From contig NMRA01000251.1 of assembly GCA_002633005.1 (NCBI GenBank), forward strand, positions 311,997 to 375,996: a stretch of DNA of 64,000 nt, in the 5' to 3' direction. Every line of letters starts with the position of its first letter. Positions within the stretch are counted from its first letter, which is position 1. Below the pieces are notes generated by a model that worked only from the letters and a program-made list of their open reading frames with translations, did no database searches and was not told the DNA's origin. This DNA is from Phoronis australis. Taxonomy: Eukaryota; Animalia; Phoronida. Positions 38,501 to 50,500 of this stretch are shown piece by piece. The position numbers and the translations under genes are program-made.

Positions 38501-41500
38501 TTCTAAATTTGATACCTGATCTACTGGTGGGGTTATTTTATGGTCTTCGATATGAAATTGGTGATTTTAAGCACTTACACATGACACTAATACCTTTGGC
38601 CACAAATTTAATAGGTTTGCTCAATAAGTTGCCACAATTTTGACAACGTGTTTGGAGTGACACCTGTCGACGGTATCATTTAATTTGGTTAAAATACTCA
38701 GCTTCTTAGCTTTCAACCTTCTCCTGCAAATGTTGAGGTCTTGAATTTGAATATGTCGTAGGGATGCCTGACCTCATTCTCAAATGGACGTCACTGTCAC
38801 TTAAATAGTCCAGAGAGTACTTCAAGTCTGTCTGGTGCTTGTCCACTCACCAGAAACCACATTCAAGAGTAGCTGATTGGCCAACTTGTACTAGTCTTGC
38901 CTCACGCCAGTTGTTGTCCCGTCGCAGTTTCTCGTTGAATGTATCCAGGCACTTGTAGTAGTTTTTGAAAGCTTCAGCTGCGGCCGCCTGCTCTATCTTG
39001 GAGTATCCGTTGCCCTCTTCCTTCTTCTGGTTCGTCCTTTCTGGTGATATTAAGATAATGCACAACATTAGGTGGAAATAAACCATAGTTTTCCCTAATG
39101 CTTAGCGGTCAGACTTTTTGATCAACAGTGTATGGGAGGAAATGATTAAATCAATTGTAGGTTTGTTAATCCTGTAATTGCGTGTGAATCTGCACTAGAT
39201 CAAAGCAACAAAAAATAACTACATATTTTTTGTTCAAGTCAAAAGTCACTACAGTGTTATTGCAAATTCATGACAGCAAGTCGTTCACACATTGTTGATG
39301 TCCATTTTAATTCTAGTGTAATAGGAGTGTGCAAATGGTGACTGATCGGTGACTATACCAGAACTGTGGGATGGGAAATTTTTACAGTGCTAGCATGGTA
39401 TTCTGTTTGGATTTCAATATTTTAGCTCTGTTATGATGTCTTGTTTCAAAATCTGCTTTTTTGTAAGTATTCTTGTTCACAGTGTTGTGACATGTGAGTT
39501 TCGATCACATTTTTAGCTCCTTTTGTGCAGACAATTCGGATCCACAAATTCCGTGCATATTTATGACTGGCAGTTTTGATTGCAGGATGTTACACCTGTG
39601 GGCGAGGACTTCCCTGGCAACAAGGAATTAGATGTTATAAGTCAGGAAATAGAAGAAATTAAAAGGTGAGCGTTGCTAAAGATGTGTCAATTCATTACTT
39701 ATTTTGCACAAAAATAATTTATAGTGTCATTTTTCCATTTTCAACTAAGGCTGATCACTTTGCAACATCTATGACCAACAAACTATGGGTAGACTAAAAT
39801 TTTCTTAATCTTTATTTTTGTGGGGAAATTTGACAAAATAGAAGTCGGCCATATTGTGTACTAAATAAAATGAAGAATTAACTGTACTTAGAAGGAAATA
39901 TTGACCTTGACCTTGTTGCTATATACTTGGTAAACAGTTAGCAATAATTGTTAAAGTTATGTTTTTATACTCTGAAGCTTTATTCAGTGTTGTTTTGATG
40001 TTAGCCATTAAGTCCTAGAGGAAACACCTTATTCAGTATGAAACATCAAGCATTAACATTGAACTTGTCTAGACTTGAATTTTAATGTTCATTCTTTTAA
40101 TAGGTTACCAGTTTCTTTTTCCTAAAGCCTGTGTTGAAGTTAAGATCAATGTTAAAATAAAATTCAGGGAGGCGTTCTGCAGTAAGTCTCATTTATTATT
40201 ATCAATTATTGTGTCACATTTTGTAGTAAAATCGCGTTTATTGTCGGAATGTTTCGAATTCTTCAGGGAGAAAATTTCACTGGAGAAGGAGCGAGTTCAG
40301 AAAGAGGCTGATGTAAAGATTCGCAATGGGGAAGTGGCCGCCCTGCAGAAGGAGTTGGACGCCATTAACTCTACAATACAGCAGCTTGAGAACCAAAAGG
40401 GCGAGGCTCAGAAACGGCTCGACGAGCTGGATGACAAGGTAACAGGATACGCAAGGAGGCGTATGCCTTATCTCAAATTGGGAGCTGCTCAGCTGATACC
40501 ACCGATTGAGTTGTGTCGTGATCATAAGATTTTTGTAATGGATCAGTAGTTGCGGTTAGCGAGTTTTGACTCATTGCTGATATCTGTCTGACTATGGGCT
40601 GACGTGACCTTTTTTGTGTCAGATCTCAGCAGAATTCACTGTCATGACATCAGATCTCAACAGAATTCAACGTTGTAAGTGGAACGACAAGTAATGATGG
40701 GCAGGTGGAATTTTATCCAATTATTTTTGACGGTTACTTTTGAAAAAGGCACCAAAAAGGCATAAGTGTTTACAGGGTTGTATATTTTGATGATGGAACC
40801 CAGTTGCTATCGTGGCGAGGAATATGTTACAATCAGTGCAGTGCCACTAATTTGTCTTTCATGATTTTAGTTTTTTGATAATTAAATAATTTTTTAGTGC
40901 CATGGCATGGCTTAAATTCACTTGATTGCTTCAGTGTTTTTTTTTTCAAAGTTCTTGATAGATTTGCATCCTACTTTGATATGGTTGACATCTGGGGTCT
41001 GTTTTATGGAAGGCAATAGTACGCCTGGCCATAGCTGTATAATGCCTATAATGGTCGTAGGCATATGGTCATGAGCATGGTGCTGTGTATTTTCAATCAA
41101 ATGCTGCAAATTGCAAGTAGCATTCTTGACTCCTATCACGGCAGTCTCTATACACACATCGAACCTGTTTCAATTGATGAAATGTTTGCTTGTACTGAAA
41201 AATAAGTTGGAGATGTTCGCTGTGACTGAGCGCACAATCTTTGGTAAAACGGGCCCCTGATATTGCGATGGCTTGTAGCTGTTGTAGGTTTAGTTTGTGT
41301 AGAGCAGGAGAGTGTTACATAGACCTTGCTTCTAGTGAAAAAAGGAAGGTCTCGCATGACCGCACAAAAGCACGCCAGTGAAAAGCGAGTGTTTCACGAG
41401 TCAGTATGCTTGGGCGCTTACAAGGCTCTCCTAACAAAATGGCTGCCAGTGAAATATTTGGCCAGCGAGGCTGAAGGATTAGTGGGATTGAATTCACTCT

Positions 41501-44500
41501 TACTGATCCGTAAGTGAAGTGTGTTTGCCTTAAGTACAAAGTAATGTCTTGCGGTCTGCAAAACTCGGCCCTGATTAGATTGGCCTATAGCACTTGTGTT
41601 TGTGTCTTCTAGAAATCCCAGTTACAGATCACAGTCAAGGAGCTGAAGGAGAAATGTGAGGATGAACAGAAGCAGGTATTAACTTGACCTTAATTTGTCA
41701 TGACTGTGACTGACCTCTTTTGAGTATCAAAGTAAACGTCTGTGTCGAAGAAAAAATCTCCTTCTCAGAGGTGGATGGTGAAAATGACTTTCATCAACAA
41801 CAATCTGTATATTCTAAATCAATTTATTGTCCTTTTAAGATAGTGAACTATAAGCGGCTACTGACTGTTGTGATACAGAGTATGGCTGTCATGTCTCTGT
41901 TCAGCATCGAATATGGGTCATTTAGCTGGTATTTTATGCCTGTTAAAATTTTTCACCAGTGTAGACATCTCTGAACCATACATCTTCATTATGTTTGAAT
42001 ACTGTTCCATGATTAACTGCACTGTTCAAAGACACAAATCTTCAGTTGAATGTGGCTTGATGCAGCTGCAAAGTCATTCTTGTTGATCTGTGACATTCAT
42101 TGCGGTTCGTTCTGGCATTAAAATGTTTAGCCTTCCCCCGCTGCTTCGTGGTGCAGTGGCATTGTGTGGGCGTGTGTGTCAATAATTTGAGTTGCTGTGG
42201 TATTGGTTTACGGTAAACATTCTCCAGACTGGGACAGTCTCTAAGTTTTGGGACACGGAAATTCAAGCTGAAAGTGAGTTTTCTCGAATCTGAAGATTGG
42301 GACATGAGCAATTTTGGCGCTCATCATATTTTTAAAGTATCTAACACTGTGTTTTGTATCTACAGTCAGATAATAGACATTTAGTTCTTAAAACTTTCGG
42401 AAATAGTCGCAAATGCAACATTCCCGTGCGTGTCCTGATAAAGTGTTACGTGAATTGTTCGTTTGTAGATGATCTTAGTTCTGGAGTTTAGGACCACCAA
42501 ACAGTTCTAAAATTTGGTACAACCTATGACCTTGAGCAAAATAATGAACTTTTTTGCTGTTTTAAAATGAAGAATTTTTGCCTTTAGTATTTTAGTTGAG
42601 GCTATGTGTTTGCTGTGGTTTCAGGCACTTTCACCGTTTTCAGTTTTTACTATGCCGCATGCAACATGTTCTTAATTCACTATAGTAAAACAAATGTTGG
42701 TATAGGTTTGTTTGTTAGCACACTCACTACTATACTCACTTCTAGCTGCCTGATGTCATAATTTGTCAATTTCATTGTCGGTGTCTAGAAATTATTTGAT
42801 TATAGTTAGGCCTAATAGTTTCTTGGTGTACAGATTGGCATAATCTTTCACTGTACTGAATGATACACTTGTCTTATGAGGGGAAGCAAACAGTTTGGGG
42901 CCAATTTTTAGTTTCACAAAATCTGTGTATAGTACATTTGGGCTGGGTTGCTTAAAACTTCAAAATTATCCGCGGGATAAGTTTGATTGTTGCATGACGT
43001 CAAGCGCATTGTTCAACAATGACAACATGGTGCGTGATAATGCAGTGTCATTGTTGCTATGCAGCGTATAACTTTTATGCAACTGGGCCCTGAATGGGGT
43101 CTACTTTTTGTTATTAAATTTTAAATTCGGATTCAGATTTCCTCTCCAAATTTTCATGTGTGCCGCCACGCCAATTTCCATGACAATTTCTACAGGTGGA
43201 CAATCTTAAAGGCCAAATCACCAATCAGGAAAAGTCCATTCAGGATCAGGAGACAAAACTGGAAGAAATGAAGTGTGAACTGGGCAGCCTGAAGACAGAA
43301 GAGTCCAAGTTGGAGGAACAGGTGGAGACAGGACGGACCCAGCTAGAAACACTGGCCAAGTCCATTAAAGATACACAGATTCAGATTAGTCAGGTGAGGA
43401 AATCTCTATACAAAAGCTACAAATTTCTGTTATTTGTAATAAAAACATTTTAATTGGGCTTCATAGTGCAGATATTTTATATTATTTACACATTTACCAC
43501 TGTTTCGTTTTATGGCCCAAACACCCATTCTGGGCATTTTTGTGTCGAATACACCCACTTTTACTTCAGTTAAATTGCTTTCACTTTGTACTTTTAGCAA
43601 AGTAGGTCATGATTCCTGGTGGTCAGGAAAACCACCAAGAATTCATTGATTTACTTGTCGAGAATGAAGAAAAGCTACCTTAGATTCCATGGTCTAAGTT
43701 TTTTTTCTCATTTGGTGCATCGGACACGTGATTGATGACAATTTCAGACCAAGGCCAAAGTGCAACACTTACAAGACACTCAGCGAAGTCTTCACCAGAG
43801 CATAGCACAGTATCAGGGTCTGTTGAACGGCGACTCAAATGCTTCTGAGCCTGTCCCAGTGGGTGATGCATCTGATCTGTTCAGTACTCAGGCCACGGTA
43901 GGTTAGAATTGTCTGTGCGTAAACAGGCTGCTTACTGGGGTCTGTCTCATGAAATGTAACTAATAATTAAGACTTAAGACAGAAGTTTGTTGTTACGCTC
44001 CACATATTAACTAATTGTGAACAAATATTTGATGTTGACTTTTGCAAAAGAACAACTGAAGGTATATGAGAATAGCGCAAATAACTGTTACTTGCTGAGA
44101 AAATTAATAATTTCCTGCCAGTAATGTGCTAAGGTCTGTTCCAGTAAAATCTGTATGGGAGGGGGGAAGGCACCTTTTTTTCGCACCCACCACCCATATT
44201 TTTCATTTATTTCTTCAGCCTACCACCCTTAATTTTTTATAAGTTTGAAATGCAACCACCTGTATTTTTTTGTTCTTGTGGTTGACTGCGCAGGCGTTTG
44301 AGTTTATCTGTTCCTCCATCACCACTAACGTCATTCATTACTAAGAAAACATATGTTTCTTATATATGGTTATTAGCCATCGAGAAATTCGAGCACCTGT
44401 GGTTAAATGGTGTTATGGGCATGCCGATGAGGAGATCGGAAGGAGTGAAAAAGTCGGAGCTTTTTGCAAGTTGCATTTTTGTTTCAGTTTTTGATTCTGT

Positions 44501-47500
44501 GCGGATTGTTTATAAAATTTACTAAAATTACCCACCATCAAACATTTATGGCCCTATGAAACAACAACGACCTGTAAATTTTTATTTTTTTTGAAGTACG
44601 ACCACCAGCCATTTTGAATTTATATCAAACGCAACCACCCATAAATTTTTATTTCAGTTGACTTCNNNNNNNNNNNNNNNNNNNNNNNNNNNNNNNNNNN
44701 NNNNNNNNNNNNNNNNNNNNNNNNNNNNNNNNNNNNNNNNNNNNNNNNNNNNNNNNNNNNNNNNNNNNNNNNNNNNNNNNNNNNNNNNNNNNNNNNNNNN
44801 NNNNNNNNNNNNNNNNNNNNNNNNNNNNNNNNNNNNNNNNNNNNNNNNNNNNNNNNNNNNNNNNNNNNNNNNNNNNNNNNNNNNNNNNNNNNNNNNNNNN
44901 NNNNNNNNNNNNNNNNNNNNNNNNNNNNNNNNNNNNNNNNNNNNNNNNNNNNNNNNNNNNNNNNNNNNNNNNNNNNNNNNNNNNNNNNNNNNNNNNNNNN
45001 NNNNNNNNNNNNNNNNNNNNNNNNNNNNNNNNNNNNNNNNNNNNNNNNNNNNNNNNNNNNNNNNNNNNNNNNNNNNNNNNNNNNNNNNNNNNNNNNNNNN
45101 NNNNNNNNNNNNNNNNNNNNNNNNNNNNNNNNNNNNNGTCCTCTCGCAAGACAACTGACCTTATATTACCGACTTCTCTTATACATGCACAATTTCTGCA
45201 CGGACTCCTCAAGCTGAGTGCAGTGATGGCTTCGGTAGGGCTTGGCGTACTCAACTTAATTTTTTTGCAGATAGACAAACAGGCTCAGGCTCGGAACAGG
45301 AGCTAGTTTACCATTTCACTACTAACTTTCAAATGGTCAAAATAGAATCGTTTTATTCTTGGTCTTGCTACAACACCAATATCAGCTGGTACATCACTCT
45401 CGATTGCCCGGTTACGCAATGCTTGTTGACAGGGTTAGATTAGAGCTAGTGTCCTTGTATATAAGCTTCGCCCCAGTTGTCAATCACTGAGCTGGTGAGC
45501 ACTCAAGCCATATGACTTACTGAGGCTTGGTCAAAGATAGCTAAAAAAACAACTTTGGATTTTCAGAATGATTTTATTTTTCTTCAGTATACTGTGCATC
45601 AAGAATTAAAGATTAGGATGATATGAAAATGTAAAAAACAGTCAAAATTAATTTTTTTGTGTATCCACCTACCTTAAGGAAGGTGATCAAGGCTGAATTG
45701 TTATGCAAAATGCAAATAATTGGATTCATGTTATGATGGTTTTAAATCTTTCTTGAAAATGATCATCTGCGTCCATTTTCAGTTTATCTGCTGTTATTGA
45801 AAATTGTTCCATTGTGGTTCTGTGCCTATTGTTTACCAACTTTTTTAAACTGAGACAACGTGTACCCACAAAGGCACATCCTCATCCACAGACTGAAATG
45901 TCAAAAAAACAAGTCAGAGATGGTTCAACAAACGTACTGCTCATGGCCCGCTCCCCAGACACGGTGCTAATTGCAGAAAACCAGAAGTGATCATTTTCCT
46001 TGTTGAAATATATTGTTTCTTCTGGTAATTGAGAAATCAAAACGAGTCTAGACATCAAAATTGAAATACATACTTGGACCAACGTAATAGTCATGTTTGT
46101 TGTGAACCCTGGATGTACACACAATCTCATTCAACAGAATGCTAATCTCCATTTGCAGTTCGGCAGCACCAGCCCTATCAGTACGCTCAGCGAGTTTAGC
46201 ACTGGGTCTGAGGACCCCTTCAAAAATAAGGACCCGTTCAGCACCTCACAGGACGGTAGTAGTGACCCATTCCAAGGCGATGATCCATTTAAGAGTGCCG
46301 CTGCTGATGACCCGTTCAAAGGCAGTAAGTCTGGTTAGGGAGGTGTCATAGTGCAGTCATGTAGTGAAGCTGCAATCTAGTGTTGCATCAGACTTTTAAC
46401 TTCAGAGGAAGGAAGGTTTTTTTTAAACAAATTTCTCATTTGAAGCAAGATTTCTCAAAAAAAGAATTGCCACATTAAACTTTTAGCTTATTTGAGTTCC
46501 ATTGATGAAAATGCTGTTATATTGCGGCAACAAATGTTTGACTTTAATATTGCCAAATAATTCTGGCAGGAAATTCACCCATTTTTGGCAGAGTCTGGCC
46601 GAATTCTGTAAAAGTCTGTCTAGTTCATTTTGGAAATTAACTCAATTGCAGGAATCCTCAATTTGTTTGCAATGAACAGAAGTTACGAAACAGTTGAATC
46701 TAATCTAATTGCAAAGAAACAACATAGCAGTTTCTCTTACATCCTTCGCATGCTCCATAGAGGGAGCTCTTCTCATTCAGCTTCAGTCGTGCTCAACTCC
46801 TGACTGACACAAGTTTCACTGCAGAAAACACAGATGAAACTTTGAACACTGTTTTCAACTGTTCATTAACTAACACATGTGATGTGTTGACAAGTCTTTG
46901 GTAAATGTGCTGGAGTTGCAATCAGCCGGTTACGTTTTGATGGAGACCAAACCAAAATTGCTCTTTGCCGTAAGAGTCTGTTGTGGCTTTTTGCTAACTT
47001 ATGTGCTACAAAACAAACATTTTTATTCATATTCCAGAGTGTTTTTGTTACTAATAGACATTTCTGAGAAACCCTGTACTGACTTATACTGTTAGGAACG
47101 TGGTCCTGATATGTGAAATATGAAATGTTCTTTCAGTAATTTTATGTAGTAGTTAAGTAATACGCTTTTTGCTGTTCTACAGCTGACCCATTCAAGTCTA
47201 ATAGTTTTGGTACTGACCCATTTGGTGGCTCAGACCCATTCAAAGACGCCTTTGGTACCACCACATCTAGTCAGTCAAACGATGACCCGTTTAAGGGTAG
47301 CGACCCGTTTGTGCAAGCCTTTCACACAGGAGGCAGCACAGGTAGTGCTCCAGGTGAGTGAAAAATTTGAAAAACAACACTCTCAATAAACACTAAGTTT
47401 TGGATGTTAGTTTTCTTAATAGTTTGTAACAAACGCAGTTTGTTAAGTTGCCTTTGAGCAGTTCTTTTTTATTGGAGACTTACAGTTACAGTTTTTTAAA

Positions 47501-50500
47501 TGAGTGCTCTTGTGTTGTGAAATTTTGACCAGAGTATGTGTATCGCTGTGTTGTTTGTCTGATTTGTTTTATAACCAGCCCTAAGGCTTGCCGTTCTGGA
47601 GCTGTTGCTAGAAATTAGTGGACATTTTCTCAAAATGTGTCCCGATTGAAACACTTTCATTTCTTTTTTCAGACGCTGGAATAGCGAGAACATGAATTAA
47701 AATTTTGGGACTTTTATCTACGGCAAAACTTACTCAATTGGGGGCGATGGTGCCGTTTTCAAAAGCATTATGGGATGGCAATGGGTTCCTCGGCATCCTG
47801 TGACTGGGGGCGATGGTGCCGTTTTCAAAAGCATTGTGGGATGGCAATGGGTTCCTCGGCATCCTGTGACAGCACAGATAACTTTGTGTAAACAATGTTG
47901 GAAAGCAATATTGTCACTTGAGTGCACCAAAATTGAAACCACATATTCAATGTGATATGCTTTTGGTCAGTGCAAGTATGACAGAAGCAACCATTGTACA
48001 GAGGTGTATGGTTGAAATTGAGCTCCAAAATGTATGGAATTAATGCATAGATTTCCTATTTTTGCACCATCCAATCACATACTAGGTTATCAGTCAGATT
48101 ACATGTAAGTTATCTGTTATGTGAGCAGGTGTTAATGAGCTGACGTCAATCCCAGAATTTATTTGGAAAATGACAGCAGCACCATTGGTGATAGCTTGCG
48201 AATTAAGTTAGCCTTCTCTTGGGACTATTTGCCAAAACTAAGTCGTTTCTGTTTCTCTACTTTCAGTTAATCGTACAGGTCTTTGCCTTACAAAACATTC
48301 TGTGTTCATTTCAGCAGCAAGTAACGATCCTTTCGATCCATTTGGCGGAGGGTCTCTGTTTGACTCTAACCCATCTATAACTGTAAATAAGGTAGGTCGT
48401 ATCTGGATATCTTGAATTGTGGACAACACAGTAATTATATACTTGCTGCCTCTTGCTACATTTGTTGTCATAGCAACTTATTGTCATGGTGATGTCGGGA
48501 CTTGTGAATCATTTATGATTTAATCATTATTCATGGTCTTCTTTCAGTTTTAGAAAATTCAATGGTTCTGTGCCTAATATGGTACAAATTCTCCAGTTTG
48601 GGATAGTAAAAATTAAGTATTTTGCTCAAGGTTGGATCTGGTACCAAATTTTAAATACTAGCCGTCACAAATTCTAGAACTATGATAAATGACAAACGAT
48701 CATTAATCTTGATGTTAAATACAGTAACTATGGTTACGCAATGAAAGTGTTTCATCCGTGGCTTTTTTTCAACAGTTTTACTAATTGCCAAGTCTATTTT
48801 CAGACTCCGTTGTTACGAGACACTGTGTCTGATATTCGAGAAACACGATGAATGACGAAATCATCCATGCCCCAGTCTTTTGAATTAAGAAAATTAAATT
48901 TCGTCTTGAATTTTGGTGTCCCAAAGTCTGGAGATCATCCCAAACTGGAGAAGCTTTACCGTTGTCATTCGGGACTTTGTCTCACAAAAGGGAGTTGGTA
49001 GCAGAGTTAGTGGGCACTTGCATACACTATCTGGATAAGGGTTTATAATGCTGAATACTGGCTGAAGCTGCGTGTCACACGAGCTGAGGTGGATAAAGCA
49101 CCGCTGGATTCAGAATCTGGGCAGTAAAGTCTTAGTGTTTCGCATTGAAAAAGAACTGCGTTGATTAAATGATTTTCACCATTATTTGTGTAGCAAATAA
49201 TAAATTGTTGCTTTCTTACACTTGTTGCCTGTGTGGGCCTGGGGTGTAATAGTGAAAGCTTAATGTGTTTCAGCCTTTGACATCAGCAGATCCATTTGGA
49301 GGTGATCCATTTGCCCCAACACGGGCTGCATCAGCGCCACCTGTGCGGCCCAACCAACAGTCGCCGACACCGGCATTACCTCCAAAACAGAAGAAGACCG
49401 TTCCGCCGCGACCCGCTCCTCCTCGACCGCAGAAGAGTCCAGTGGTGGAACGGAAATCACCGTCCGCTCCCGACCAGTTTGCAGTCTTTGAATCAGATCC
49501 GTTCGGCTCCAGTGACCCCTTTTCATCAACAACGCCCTCCTCCAATGACCCGTTTGCCGTCGGTGGCAGTAGTGACCCCTTTGGTAGTGCTTTATCTGGT
49601 GTTGGTAGTGGCGGCAGTGGTGGTGGGTCGGATCCCTTTGCCAACTTTGCTGACTTTAGCCCCTCCAAGGTGAGTCCATAGACTTCACCACCCTGACCTT
49701 CTCTCTGTGTCAACCTACAGTCTACTCTTCTTTTTCCTTTCCTGGTTTTATATTTCTAGCTCATGTTTTGGTCAGTTGGAAATTTCAAATCCCCACCTTT
49801 ATTTTGCTCGGCTCAGTCATCTTTGAATCCTTCAAATTTCTGTTCGTTTTGAAGCAAAATCTGTAATTCCAGGTCGGTACCAAAATTTGGTAATTTAAGT
49901 GCTGTGATTTGGAATTTTCAGGGCCAAAAACCACCAAATTCGAGACTGGATTGGTAAATTGTCCAATATTGCTGCATGTCACGAGTAAATTTTTCAATTA
50001 GAGTGATTGATTCATTTTTAATTGAGCATTGAGTTAAGTTTGGAAGACTTTTGTCAAAAAATATTTCATTTTTATTCTTGTTTTTTGATGGAGTCTTACC
50101 AGTTTGTAGTTTAGAAAGAAGTCTGCTGTCCTCTTGTTATCCGTTCTCTGGCACTGGACCTTTGTTACAACATCGCTGTCTTTTGCTTCCTAGTCTAGAC
50201 CTGGTGCTTGTTTATTTAGCGTAGAACCTTGTCTGTTTGGCATAAGACATGATCACACTACTGCTAGAGCGTGCTAGCAAAATGGCCACCACTTAAAGTG
50301 ATTGGACAGCTATGGCGGAATGCTGAATTGTGTCAGAAAATGGTAGGAAAACACTCGAATCACTCACTAACGGCATGTTTTGTATGAGCCAAGATTTCTT
50401 GCCGCAAGTTCTAGGTGTCAGTTACAAGAGGGTGTTGTTAACATGTGGTTATTCTCGGCAGTTTGGTGTGAGTGAAGACGACCAACTGGAATGGGCCAAG

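Noticed and set aside
49260-49713. Antisense and alternative-frame ORFs over the DPF exon
   Set aside because: Shadows of a GC-rich, low-complexity coding exon
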